This document shows positions 13,709 to 27,138 of a stretch of DNA of 64,000 nucleotides, one piece after another. Source of the DNA: Bilabrum cf. latius (lineage: Eukaryota); the NCBI GenBank assembly GCA_965178125.1, contig OZ237746.1:62001-126000 (forward strand), in the 5' to 3' direction. The notes beneath the pieces are model-generated. The model was given only the letters and a program-made list of their open reading frames with translations, was not told the DNA's origin and searched no databases. Position 1 is the first letter of the stretch, and every line of letters begins with the position of its first letter. The translations under genes and the position numbers were made by a program.

Positions 13709-14938
13709 TCAGGACTCTGGCACATGAAGGAAAAGAGGCCGCACGTCCTGTGCCTACATGGCTGTGCCAGTCACGGGACACGCGCCGTGTTTCTCGGCGT
13801 GCAGCTGCAGGCATTCTAGACACCCGGTCACGCCCGCTGGAGTGGCCCCCCCCGGCACCTTGGCCCGAGCCCATCCCCGCCCACACAGGGGACACGACCC
13901 CATAGAACCCCGGGGACCGGAGTCACGCAGCGCACCCCCTGCAGCGGACTGCACGCCCTGCATATGCACCGCCGGGGCTGGGCCCGGGAGCGGAGGCAGG
14001 GCTGGGGGGCCGGCTGCTGCTCCGTGCGCAGGGGCAGGAGGCAGGGCGGCTGAGCCGGGCACTCGGTGTGACGAGGGCCGCGCCACCCACCAGGCCCCCA
14101 CCCGGCGCACCGCTGACACGCATAGCACAAGCATCGCCACGGCCCACGGGCCAGCGGTCGCAAGCCGGAACAAGGCCGGGGAGGACCTCGCCGCTCTGGC
14201 ACCGGCACTCTGGGCAGCCACGCCCTCAGCTCGCTGGAGCCCGTGCCCAGTAAGAAGCAGACCCAGCAGTGGCCGTGGGGCAGTAGTTGCTGCGCCTGTG
14301 CGAGCTCGGCCCAGGCGCATGGAGCACAGCAACAGCGCCAAGGCCCGCGCGAGGCCGCGGCAGTGCAGTAGGAGCATGCACAGGTGCCCTGGGGAGGCTG
14401 CGATGCCAAGTCGCCGCAGTAGCGCAATGGCCTTTGCTACCAGTGTGCCACCGGAGAAACGCGCACTATTTTGGTCAGAACCGTCATGTTGTGCCCCCTG
14501 GGCTGCTTGCTATTGCTGTGTCTTGCCGCGCTATGCGAACCGAGCAGCCTTCCAACCAGCATAGGCCGCCAAAACCTCGATCGTTACCCAAAGAGGATAC
14601 AGCTGCGTGCTAGGAGCCGCAACTGCCTAACTTCCGCCGTTTGCTACGCGCTCCAGACCTAGAAACGCTTCTGGAACAGCAGCATTGAATAGAGCAGCCG
14701 ATCGGGCTTGGACCAAGAAGAATCCGGCAGCCGCGATTTCGTCCGAGTACTGCCTTAGCCAAGATGCGTCTGGAAATAGCAACTGCAGCACCTTCTCTGC
14801 CTAGTCTGGTAGCGAATCCACGAAGCGGTCTAAGGACGACAGGACCAAGACGTCTGTTAAGGACACCCCCGACGAGGGCCGCGTGCCTACTGCGCTGACC
14901 GACGTCGAGGCCGCTTGCTCCAGGGCTGCAAAACTCAT
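13709..14938 (-). CDS. PEX12: Peroxin PEX12-like protein (Pex2/Pex12 N-terminal region plus degenerate C-terminal RING)
   Basis: N-terminal LRQYSDEI...EAFLGLER and C-terminal CPLC...GVTGCLECLQLHAEKHGACPVTG...VRPLF. One frame from ATG 14938 to TGA 13709 with five TAG read-throughs. Confidence 0.6.
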
Positions 14939-15090
14939 GATTTATGTCATCATCGACACGATTGGTGGATCATGGGCGCTGATATTGGCCACACTGTGAG
15001 CAAAAGAGAATCGTGTTCGTCACTTTGTCGCTTGTGTGACGGACGCTAGCGCTAGAAGCTAGGGAGAGCGGTGGAAAATCAAACGCCACC

Positions 15091-18000
15091 TCACGAATCA
15101 TCGTCCCCTCCATCTGCGAGCAGCCTGCTCAGCAGGTCTGCCCCACCCCCCGCCATGCTCCCTCCGTCCCCCCCTCCGTCCTCCCTGTCCGCCGCCTCCA
15201 GCGCCGCCTCGCACGCCGTCAGAGCCTGCCCCACGTCCGCATCGCGCGCCCCCAAAGTGCCCTCCCTCACTGCGGCAATGCCCTCCCTTGCCCCCGCCGC
15301 CACGGCCGCCTTGGCCCTCGAGTGCCGCGCGCCCCCCGAGTGCGAGGACAGCAGGGACAGCAGCGCGACGCAGGCTGGCTGCACCACGCTCGGGTGTGAC
15401 GAGTGCTCGCGCAGAGCCGAGCTCACCAGCCCCAGCGCGCTCCACACCACCACCCCACCGGCACTCAATGGGCCCCCCCGCCCCGGCAAGCTCCCCTCAC
15501 CCGCGGCACTCAGACCCCCCCTGGGTTCCTCCCGCCAGGCCAGCAGCGTCCTCCGACGCGCCTCTGCCTCTGCCTCGGCGCTGCCCACGGGGGGGGGCTT
15601 CCCCCCGCGGGGGTCCCAACCTGCCCCACTCTTGGCAGCCCCCGCACTCGTCACACCGATGCCATCCCCCAGCCTGCCCCCCGGCACAGCCAGGGCCAGG
15701 AACCGCGCCGCGTGCTGCTGCACCCTCGCGTCTCTCGGAAACCTGCCCATGGCCCGGAGAACAAGCTCCCCCGCCCCCGCTTTGTCCACCCCCCGGGCCC
15801 TCTCTCTCGCCTCGACGGTCCCCGCCACCTCCCGCGCGCTCAGCAGTCGAGCCAGCGCGAACACGCAGTAGGACTGCGTGGCCGCCTCTCTCGGGTGCCT
15901 CTTGAGCCCCTCGCACAGCAGCAGGGCAGCACCTCCACGCTGCGCCACCGCGTCCCTCCTCTTGTCCTCCAGCCGAGCCACCTCCAGGGCCCGCGCCGCC
16001 CCAAGTGCAGCGGCCCCCCTGGCAGAATCACCCCCGAAGGTCAGGTTGCCCAGAGCCCGCGCGCAGTGCTCCGCGACAGTGGGAGACCCGATGTGCTGCT
16101 GCATGGCCGCCACCACCGCCCGCACCGCCCCCGCCTGGCACACCTGCCCCACCCTCCCCGCCAGGTCCCTGCCCCGAGTGCCCGAGCACAGGTTCGCAAG
16201 GGCCCCCGCGGCGGTCTCGCACACGCCTGCATCGGCCCTGTGCGAGTGCAGCGCCTGCACCAAGTGGGCCGGGATCCCCGCGGCGACCAGGGCCTGTCTC
16301 TGCGGCCCGCTGCGGGGAGAAGCCACGGAGCCGCCCGCCAGCCTGCCCACGCACTGGCAGCACCTCTGCTGGATCAACCCGATGGAAGCGTGCTTGGCCA
16401 TCAGGGCAGCCAGCCTGAAGGCCGCACCCGCCGCCAGCACAGCGTCGATCCGCTCCTCCGAGTCCAGAGCCACCCTGCTCAGCAGCAGCACCGCCCTCTC
16501 CGCCAGCCTCGGCTCCTCCATGGCCGGTCCTTTGGCCACTGCCGCGGCCAGGCCCACGCCACCAGCGGCAAACACCATCCTCCTGCGTTGTTCCCCGGCT
16601 GACAGCGTCACCCCAAAGCACACGAAGGCCATCACCCCGAGTGCGTTAGACACCACCTGCGGACTCCCCCGAAACCTCCACGCCGCGGCAGAGGCAGCTC
16701 GCAGCAGGGCGCAGTCCTTGGCCTCGCCCTTCCCCGCGTCCTGCCCAAGCCCCCCGGGCCCTGTTCCCCTCGGCCCCCGGGCAGCTCGCGCCATCAGCTG
16801 GGCCACGTCCATCCCCAGCAGACCCTAGCCCTTGCCCTTGCCACCGCCCTCCCCCGCAGAGGCCCCGCTGGCCTTGAGGGCGGCAGCCGCGCTGTCCGCC
16901 GCCTCGCTAGACACCTTGTCCGCCTCCTCCCTCGCCTCCACACTCGTCACATCCCTCCACCGCACCTTGAGCACCGCGTCGATCCGCCTGTCCAGCGAGC
17001 CCCCGCCCCCGCTCAGCACAGACATGAGCACCAGCAGGCCACGCTGCTGCACCGACTGGTCCTGCTGGTGCGCCGCCATGCACTGCAACACGGGGACGAT
17101 CGCACCCACCTCGCCCACGAACGCATCCCGTCGCATCTCCCCCGCCACCATGGCCTCTTTGGACACCCCAGAGTCGTAGCACAGCCCCTGAAGGGCCATC
17201 AAAGCCGCTTCCACCAGCCGGGGACGTGCGGGCCCCGCCCCTTGCGCACCGCCGATGCCCGTGTCGCGCAGGATGCTGACGCACATGCGGGCCGCCCCCG
17301 TGCCTGTGACGAGTGCGTCACACCGCGCGTCCCTCCCCGCGTCCCTCTTCCCCCTCGCCAAGTTCCCGATCGACACGCACCCCGCCAGCAGCACACCCAG
17401 GGAGCCGCTGAACCGCTGCATGGCACCCACGCAGCCCTGCACCGCCCCCTGGTCCACGATCATCACGCGGTGCCGGCTGGCCTCTTCCCCGTCGTCCCCT
17501 CCCGCCAGCCTTGCCAGGCAGTAGAGCGCCGCGTGCATGACCCCCTCGTGTGACGAGTGCTCCCCCATGGCCCCCGCCAGCACGTTGAAGCCCCCCTCCT
17601 TGAACACCTTGGCCCGCCTGCCTTCCTCCTGGGAGGGCCCCGCGGGCCCGAAGCACAGCGAGGACAGCAAGGCAAGCCCGTGCCGCTGCACGTGCGCGGC
17701 GCCCCGCATGTTCCGCATGGCCGTCACAGCCGCCGCGTGGGCCTCGCTCCTGAAGGCCCGCCCCACCATCGAGTCGGCCGCACCCCACGGGGCCCCCCTC
17801 ACGCCGGCAGTGGTCCCTGCCAGGGCGGCCACTGCGCCCTCCGCCACGGCCCTGTCTCTCGCATGCGCCCGCAGCCCCGCCACACACGCCTCCAGCGCCC
17901 CGCCCCATGCAGCCCGCTCCCTGCATGCGCGCAGCAGTGCCCTGAGAGCAACGGGCCCAGTGCTCGACCCTGCTGCGGTTCCAGCCTTCGACTCGGCACT

Positions 18001-21000
18001 GGGCGCTGCCCCGTCTCTCCCCTTCCCTCTCCCTCTGCCAGCTGCCTTGCCGCTGCCTCCCCCCTTGGCCCCTGCCCTCACCCCTCCCACCCCCACTGCC
18101 CTTACCCCTTCCACCCCCACTGCCCACTCCTCCGCCGCCCCCCGGGGCAGCAGTGTCCCAAGCAGCCCGCACCCCACGCTCACCACCCCCTGCTCCCGCT
18201 GGTGCCGAGCCACCAGCGCCGACACCCCCGACAGCAGCCTCCCCCCCCCGTACAAGAGGGCCTCCAGCCTCCACTACGCAGCGCCCAGCGACCGCTTGGC
18301 CCCCTGCAGGACCCCCGGTTCCAGCTCCTGACCCTTGCCCCCCTGTTCCTCCAGGACCGCCGCGGCCCTCGCGGGCGGCGGCCTGGCCAGCTGGAAGAGG
18401 CACTGCAGGGCCAGTCGGACGGCCCCGTGGATCTGCGACAGGAAAGCCGAGGGGTCCACCGCGCCCTCCGTGCCCCTGGGCCAGGCAGCGGATCCAGAGG
18501 AGGAGGAAGAAAGACCCGGAGCCGATAACCAGGGAACAGAGGGAGGGGTGCCCCCGGCTGCCTGCACGGCCGCCGCCACGATTGGATGGGCAAGGTCGTC
18601 CACCATGCCCTGCGGCACTTTGCCCAGGTCGTCTTTGCCCACTTCCTGGATCTTTGCGCATGCCCCGGCCCACACACCCCTCAGCTTGCTCAGCGCCAGG
18701 CTCCCCTCCCTGTTCCCTGCCCCGGGCCCCAGCGCGATGGACGCAGCCAGACAGGCTCGCAGCAGCCAGGCAGGCGCCCCTGCCTCCCTGCTGCATGCCT
18801 CCAGCGAGGCACCCGCCAGCCTCCGATCCGCAGCACTCGGGGCCCCATGACTCCCTCCTCCTCCCCCTTTGCCCACCCCCAGGTCGTGTTTCTCCACCTC
18901 CTGCTCGGCGTGTGTTGAGGCAGCCAGGCGCTGTGCCACAGCCAGCAGGACCGTCCTCAGCCTGGGGAACACGTCCCGTAGCCCTGGACCCGTGGGATAC
19001 GGCAGCTGCTTCTTCTCACTTCCTCCTGCTGCTGCTGCTGCTGCTGCTGGCTTCCCGCTTCCTTTGGCCCCAGCCCCGGACCCGGCCAGCACGGCCGCAT
19101 GGCTGGCAGTCCCGCTGGCCTGCTCATCCTGCGGATGCACCGGGACACCCAGGGCAGCCTCCAGGGCCAGCACGGCAGGGGCCAGGTGGTCCAGCACCAG
19201 GGCGCGAGTGCCCAGCGCACTCAGGTCCAGTGCACCACCATGCGATGCACTGGCCTCCTCCAGCCTGCTCTTGTGTTCCTCCGTCTCCTTCTGTGCTTGT
19301 TCCCTGGCCGCCCGCACGCGCGCAGCAGAGGCCTGCTCCTCCCTCTCCCTCACCGCCTCGAGCTCCCTCTCCCTCTCCGCGGCACTCTGGGCCTTCTCCT
19401 CGTCCTCCAGGATACCCTTGGTGCCCTCCCAGGCCAGCCCAGCCATCCGGTCCAGCGACTCGGCCGCCTCCTCGAGGCCCGTCCGCTGCTCGGGGTCGCA
19501 CCGCAGCAGCCCGTGCATCAGTCGCCACACTCCCGCCGGCACATGGGCCACCTGGGCCCCCACGCCCTCGCCCTGCCCCGCAGCCCCTGTCGCTCCCCCC
19601 GCATCGGCCCCCTTGAAGAAACACCCCCTCGCCGGGCTGGGCGCCCTGATCTTGGAGTCATCGTAGGCGTAGATGCACTCGGGCAGCAGCCCACTCCTGG
19701 ACACGCCCCTCGCTGCCCGCCTGCAGGACTGGGGATACCCGGGCAAAAAGGCCCGCCCGCACGCCAGCGTGTACATGAACTGGCCGAGCTCAAAGGCGCC
19801 CTGCTTCCTGTAGGGAACAAGCAGCCGGATCCCCGTGCGGGAAGCATCCCTCCGCCCCGCCATGGCAGTCAGCACCTCGGGGGCGAGCAACTCGGGGGGA
19901 GGTGCCCCGATGTACTGCCCCGCGGGGCCGTTGTTCACCACCCCAATGGCTGTGTCCCTGCCGGCCTCCGCGCTTCCCTTGCCCCCCCGACGCTTGGACC
20001 CCGAGGTGGGGTCCGACACCTGAGAGCCCCCACCGGCCACCCCCGCCCCCGACTGCACCTCTGGCTCTCTGGAAGGGTCCAGCGCCAGCGCCCACTGCCA
20101 GCCCCCCTCCGCCTGCCCCTCCTCCATAGCACCACCACCCCCTGCACCCGCCCCCCCCGAGCTCGTGGACCGGCCACTGCTCGGTCGGGGACTGGGGCTC
20201 AAAGAGGGCAACCCGGTCGTACCCATCGATGAAGTGCCTCTTGCATTCCCTCTGCTGCCCGGTTTCGGTTTACTCGCCCGCATGCCGGCCCCCACAGCCG
20301 TCTTGATACGCCTCAGCTTCCTCGACGATCCACCGGCGCTGCTGCCTTTGCCCTTGCTCTTGCCCTGGCCATTGCCAGCTTTTGATCTTCCTTTGGCCGC
20401 TCCTTTGCGTCTTGGCCCCGCGCTTCCCACTCCCATGCCCCCAGGCCCTTGCCCCTGACCTGGCACCGCTGTCTTGCTCCTCCTCAGCTGCCCTGTCCCG
20501 GCCACTCCAGCTGACATGCCAATGCCCACACGCGCAGATCCAGGACCAGCACTTGCACTACTGGCTGCCCCCGCCCTTGATCGGTCCAGCTCACCTTCAT
20601 CCCCACTATCGTCACCGTCTTGCTCATCCTCCCCGTCACCGTCTCCGACGGCTCTACCCACCCGCCTCGCAAACGCCAGGTCTGTCACAAAGGCCCGTGG
20701 CAGCCCAGCGGCCTCCACCAGCTGAGCAGGAGAGGAAGAGGCGCTTTCCCCCGAGCCTGATGATTGGCCTGCACCACCATGCAATGCAGCACCAGGGGTC
20801 CACAGCCGCATCAACAGATCCGATTCGCTGCCCTGTGCACCGCCATGCAATGCACCGCCATGCCCTCTGTACACAGCGCAAGACCCAGCCCCTGTGCCAG
20901 CCCCAGCCCCAGACCCAGGTGCAAGCAGCACCGCCGCCTGCGACAGGCACCGGTGCACCCACCCATGCGCCCGCAGATCCGCAAGCCCCCGCGCCACGTC

Positions 21001-21801
21001 AGCGCAGATCCGCAGATAGGCCGCCTCCCTCAGAGCCACCGTGCGGCGGGGCCCCAGCGGCCACCGACCACTGGCAGCAGCGGACCCGCCGCCCTCCCCC
21101 ATGGAGCTCCTCTCCGCCTACATGGCGAACGTGGCGGCGCTGTGCACAGAGGACGGCAGCAGCAGGCAGCGGGCCGTGGCGGACGGGTCTCCAGGCGCGC
21201 TGATGCCCCTGGCCCGCCTGAGGACGGATCGCAGGGGCTCTCGGCGCACGGACACTGGCACTGGCCTGGGCAGCCGGGGCAATCCACCGGTGGATCCCCC
21301 GGCCGGTGCGGCCCATGCCAGCGCCTGGGCCGCCAGTCCGGACCACTGTGCGGCCCCAGCCACGTGGGGAGAGCGCGGCGCCCGCATGTGGTTCCGCAGC
21401 CCTGCCACGCCGCAGTCCGCCTCGGCCATGGCGGGTGGCAGGGTCCGGGGCCCGACTGCCTTGGGGTCGAGCGCCACGACAAGGATAGCTCTTGTGTGAA
21501 AGGTGCCCTGTGGATTCGACTGTCCGCCGGCAGCTGCTGTGGATCCCTTGCGTTGTTGCGTGGATAGCGACGTCGCAACCGCGGCGGCTGCAGGTGCTGG
21601 AGCGGCTGCCGGCAACTTGGGCAACGACCCTGCTGCCTTGTCAGAGTGGCTAATGTCTGCAAGCTTTGGATCTGTAGAGGACCCATCGGTACCACGAACC
21701 GAGATCGTGACGTCCGCCGCCAGTCCAGCCTTGCCAATCCACCGGACCCCAGAGCCCTGCCCAAGCGGTACCAGCTTTGCTTCAGAAATTGAACTTTCCA
21801 T
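15091..21801 (-). CDS. ~2236-aa protein: kinase-like (probable pseudokinase) domain, coiled coil and C-terminal armadillo-type repeats
   Basis: Four ORF-track ORFs fuse in one frame through TAGs at 21118, 18274 and 16825, ending at TGA 15091. Kinase subdomains: VARGLADLRAHGWVHRC, FVTDLAFA, LLAPEVL, LLRCDPEQR. Many ARM-like units, e.g. AVVAAMQQHIGSPTVAEHCARALGNL. Confidence 0.75.
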
Positions 21802-24077
21802 ACGTGCGTAACTTCTTCCTGTATAACACCTAGTATTCCTTTAAGCCGCTGCCTGTAGCTGATAGTAGCTGACACCAACGGCTCGAAGGCTGCCGGACTT
21901 ATATAGAACGGCTGCAAGTGACAGCGGAGCGGCTGCGCTTAAGTTGCAAGGGTCAGTTGCATCCACCAGCTCTCAACGACAGCTACAGTTTTGGACGACG
22001 TTGCTGTTGTAAATCTACGCAGAACCGGCCGTCGTCATCATACCGACTGCGGCCACCAGCCGGTGGATCGCAGTTCATTACCAGCACTAAAGCTAGCGGG
22101 TGCTGTTCACGGCGTGTGTTGGCCAGATGCGTGGTTAAAACGATCGATTTAGATGATATGTGTATTCTTTGGAGAGATCCAAAGCACTATTCAAGTTTGT
22201 GTTGCAGTTCACGCTTTAAGCCAATTCGCCCACAATCCGCGGGTCTCGCCTGTGTATATGCTTGACTAGTATAATATAATTATTTTTGGCTGATGTGCCA
22301 CGTTTGAGGCCGGGGGGGGGGGCGTGCTTTCGCACATACATTCAAATATCCTACTGGCACTTCCTAGTCAGCTTGCTCCACGCGATGATGTCCTAGATGG
22401 CAACAATACATTAGGGTATTTTTACTCGCGCAATTACTATGCTGGGTGTTTCTGGGCGATGCGGCACGCGATCATGGGCCTCGCATGTCCAGGGGCTGCG
22501 GGCTGTGGCCCGCCAGGGCCAAGGTTGGCTCAACTGGAAATTGCAGCTTAGTGAATGCCCCAATCATGTATCAGTGCATGTCGTACCGCCCGCAGGACCT
22601 GGTGACCTGGCCTGAAGCCAAGTTGTAGCGTGCACATCATGATTGCACCACAGCACCAGCCATATCGTTCCACAACAAGTTGGCCGCACACATCGAAGAG
22701 CTGCTAACCGTCGAGCACGCATCTTCACCAGCCATGCTCGCCCTGGTTACTACTGCTGTGTTAATTAGTATGGCTCTTGCAGCCCATGAAACCCCCTGTG
22801 AGAAGCCATGCTCGTTGAATCCGCCCCATGTACGTGCCCACTGGCACAGGAAGCGGTGAAAGGCGGTGACCCGGACTGCGAGGAACCCCCAAGGCCGCGA
22901 CCTAGACCTGCTGCATGCTCGCCGTGTGTCGAATCAAGCAGTCATAGGCAGCTACTATCTTTGATAGTGTGGCTGTCACTTCATTCGTGATGCAAGCTGC
23001 CAGTGCCAGGTCGCGTGTCGTGGTGCAGCGGGTGCGAACTGTCGATCGCGTGCTGCGTGCTGTAGGGCACTCCAAATCACCACTTTCCCACGCGCACGAT
23101 TGTCCTCGCTTTCAACGCTGCAGCAAAGATCCCCCGAGATTCTTTCATTGAACTGCCAGTGGCGGCTTCTGCCTTGCGCCGTCAGTCGCAAGGGTATGGC
23201 GAGATCAGGCTGGAGGAACTGAAATGGACAGCTGGCTCTGCAATCATCGGAGAGAATTACGAGGGGGCGTACATTTCGCATGCCTCTGCGAACAAAACCT
23301 AGTGCATCCTCTAGGATGGGACATTCCAGACGCACAGAGCTCGAGTCGCTGGCAAGGTCACGCTCCGGCCTGTCTCGAGCAGTCAGGCTTTGGCGAGCGG
23401 AGCCTACTCGAAAGTAATCATTTTTGTGTACCGAGATGATACTCACGTGTAGTTCCCGTACAGCCTGCGGATGTTGTCAACTTTTAGCGATTCGCAGGGC
23501 CGGGAGCAGGTGCTCTTGTCAGAGTCCAATTATTTGTACAGGACCGCAGACTAGGCCAGGTTCGAGTATCTAGACGCAGTCGATGCTTGGAGAAGGTACA
23601 CCACACATGATGCACTACTTATACGCAAGGTGGCCGAGACCTGCGATGAAGCCCCTGAAACGATCTCGAACGCGGGACTTGGCGAGCAGCCAGAGGAGCT
23701 ACCGGAACGTACAGCAGTCGCGTTGACCTCAGGTGTTTGCAGGGCTCAAAGTATACGTTACTATGCCGCCTTAGCCTTGGTTCCAGCGCTTTACGCTGTG
23801 CTCTTGTCTTGAGCCTGCCGGAATACGAGGAGGGCCATCCGGGCATTGATGTTGAGATCGCGGACAGGCTGCTCTACAAACGATCTAACTCTAGTGTGCA
23901 TGTAAAGAAAAATGCAGTGCTAGACAGATTTTATTGCTGTGTCAATAGGTGATCAGGATATTCAGATTGCGTGTGCAAAACGAAGCGCGTGCGCTGCACT
24001 GTGCGGGAAGCTGCTAGGCCTCGGGAAGTGCCGCAATCGTTTTTCACCACACCTGGACCGCAGACGCGGTGCTCCCA

Positions 24078-26768
24078 TCACAGGGGCACACCATCTGCCG
24101 CCCCACCCGAGGCAGCCTCCTTGCCCTCGCTGGGCATGCCCCCTCGAGAGCGCCTGCCCCTGCGCCCGCTGGACATGCCCGCGGCCTTGCACGCCTCCCG
24201 CAGGTCCTCCAGCGTGCGCGAGCGCATGCCGCGGAGCACCTCGGCGATCTCCTCGCTGCTACGCTTGTTCTTCAGCGCGAACCGCAGCACGCCCGTGATG
24301 GCGTCGAACTCCGCGGCTGTCCTGTACCCGCACCCCTTGATCACGTCCTCCTCCGTGTACTGCCCGCCCTCGATCTCGTCCCCGTAGAACTCGAGCTTGT
24401 CGTTGGCCAGCTGCCACCGCTTGTACACGTGCCGCAGGGTGCGCTCCTTGCGCACAGCGTCAGGGAACAGCTGCCCCGGCTGCCAGGCCCCCGCGTCGTC
24501 CTCAGAGTCCGAGTCTTCTGCCACGTCACGCCGCCGGCCCTTGGCGCCCTTGCGGCTACCTGAGGGGGTGCGCTTGGCGCTCCTCCCGCCGGCATCCGCG
24601 GAGACATCGTACTCCGGCGCGGTCGCTCCGCCCCTGACCTTGACCGCCACGTCATCGGCGGTGGCCAGGCTCTCCTCGTCCTCGTCGCTGTAGCCCCCTC
24701 CACGGCGGCCCTTGCCCCTGCCCTTACCCTTCCGGCGGGGGGAAGAAGCGGCAGCGGCGGCGCCGTCGTCTGAATCGTCCTCTGAGTCGTCGTCCTGGCG
24801 GCGGTGGCGCGTGTTCTTGCGGCGCCGGGCAGAGCCCCCGCCCCTACCCCTGCCACCATCCTCGTCATCCGAGTCGTCCTGGATGGCGAACCGAGCGGTC
24901 ATCTCCCGCTGCATCTTCTTGGAGCGGGAGTCCACTTCCTTCTGGATCTTCTTCTTGAGCATCTCCAGCTCTCGGATCTTCTCCGCCATTGGGTCCATGG
25001 ACAGGTCTGCGATGGGACAGAGGTGTGACCAGTGCGTGAGTGTGTGTGTGCAAGCGAAGTGACGAGCACATGGTGCAAGCGACATGGTACTTTGGCTCAC
25101 AGCTGGCCTCTCGTCGATAGAGCATGTGCTGCCTCCTGGCCCTGGACATGAGGACCGACCCGCCCGACACGGAGCCCTGGTCGTCGGGGATGCCCTGACC
25201 GAAGAACCCAGAGCTGGCCCTGTTGTAGTGCCTCAGCACCTCTCCCGCGTCCTTGTCGTTCTTGAGGGCCTGGGCGTCCTTGTCTCCCTCGAGCTTTGCT
25301 TGCTCTGCCTCGATCGCCTTGAAGTCCAGCTCCTCCAGCTCCAGCCTGAAGCCGAGCATGAAGAACCCGAAGACTGCCTTGCAGAGGATGTCCAGGATGG
25401 CGTGCAGGATGAAGTACCACTCCTCGTCGATCACCCCGGAGGTGTGGAAGGACAGCGTCCACAGCAGGGGGAAGAAGGGCCAGCCGGCGAAGAAGATGAG
25501 CCTGCCAGCGGACAGGTACCACCAGGCAGAGTCCGGGATCTTCTCCCTCTGCGCGTTGATCTCGTTCCAGAGAGCGTAACCCGCGCAGATGAACCCCGCA
25601 AGACCGATCCCGTACATGTAGTAGCGGTAGGGGGCATCCACGATGAAGGTCGCTACGGCGATGGCCAGCAGGCAGGCGATCGACGACGAGAACACGAGCT
25701 TGTAACGCAGGTTGACCGTGATGCAGAAGTCGAGGACCAGCAGCGGGCACGTAATCAGGTAGTCAGCGTACCAGACCTGGTTCAGGGAGAAGGCCGTGGA
25801 CTCGCCCGTGTCGTTGTACGATGCCCAGTCGACGGCCTTGAAGGCGTCTGCGAGAGAGAGGCAGGCTTTGCGAACTAATCAGAGATTCACCGCGGGCCTT
25901 TGCGCTTCAACTAATAGTCTACGAATTAGCACGCTAACTCTCAAACGACAGTTGACAACCCTAATTGTCTCACACATAACACCACAGAGGATTGAAATCC
26001 CAGGTGAAAGCCAGTTCTGCGATTAGCGACAGAGACAGCAATACATTGGCCCTTGAGTGTTCACATATGAGATAATCAGATGAAATGGATGCAGCAAGAT
26101 GGTTTGCGCTGAGCTAGTAGTCCGTATCCCGATGGAGCGCGTGCCAAAGCAATCAAGCGAGCGATCCGTTGCCGTTTCATAGGTGTGAAGACACAGCCCA
26201 AACAGTATCCCACTCACTTCTTCGGGTGGTCCCTCTGGTCCATGAGGTCTTGTGTTCCAGCCAAGACCGGCTGCGGTTTTCCATGCCATGTAGGCTGCGA
26301 TGCGTGGGTATGGTTCGGATCGAATGGTCACGGTGACAACGCCGAATTCAGGCATATTCTTTGAGCTATGCAGAGACATGGACGCCTCAAACACCAACAT
26401 AGACCCCCGTCTTATTGAAATTCATCATCAGGTAAAGGCTCAGCCCTACACGAAGAAAAAGCTCGCCTCTTGCATCAAACAGCAACATACTTCACTACGG
26501 AGGCATCTGATGCAATCAGGGCAGCTGAAGAGAGCCAACACGCAACATAGGCATACTCTCGGTCATTTTAATCACACGCTCTGCATGATTTCGGCCAAAA
26601 CTTGCCGCAAAAGTAGGAGGGAGCGGGTGTCGCGCTCGGGCTTTCCGGCGAAAAGCTCTCACCTCCAGCAGCCACCAAGATGATCGCTGTTATGGTATTG
26701 ACGGCAATGAGTGCACCGAATGTCCCCGGTTCTTTCTAGCAGACGCAGAGCTCGCAGCAATCAGACAT
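24078..26768 (-). CDS. Potassium-channelrhodopsin (KCR)-clade, bacteriorhodopsin-like channelrhodopsin, 633 aa with long cytoplasmic tail
   Basis: Five phase-consistent GT-AG exons: 26768-26663, 26294-26218, 26016-25974, 25847-25101, 25006-24078. TAG=Gln at codon 11. TM3 FSLNQVWYADYLITCPLLVLDF carries the D-T-D motif with Trp at the BR R82 position. TM7 ILHAILDILCKAVFG carries the retinal Lys and is followed by FRLELEE, as in HcKCR1. Confidence 0.93.
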
Positions 26769-27138
26769 GCTTAACCCGCCAGACAATATATCTGCTCGCG
26801 GTCGATCGCAGGGCGAGCACACACACGGTTGGTCGCAAGTCTGCGGTTGCAACCGGTATCGAATCGTGCCGATCGGCGATTGAAGCAAGTGCAACATTAC
26901 ATAGGCAAATCTGATCACAGGATAACCGAGGCCTAAACACCTGAGGCCATTGCATTCCACGCAAGCATCACACGCCGTGCCGTCCACGAAGTGGCAGCGC
27001 TTGGCTCTGACGCAAGAGATCTGACTATCAATGCACGGGCAGTGCGATGACTTCTCCCGGAAGTTCTCCGACGCCAGCTCGATTGTGCGGAGGACAGGAC
27101 AGGACGGCCAGGGTTAAAACCACGATGAGACCCAGCTG

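Noticed and set aside
21918-23950. Possible multi-exon gene on the + strand between the kinase-ARM gene and the KCR
   Set aside because: Splice-like signals and short open stretches exist, but I could not build a phase-consistent model or recognise a domain. Left unannotated.
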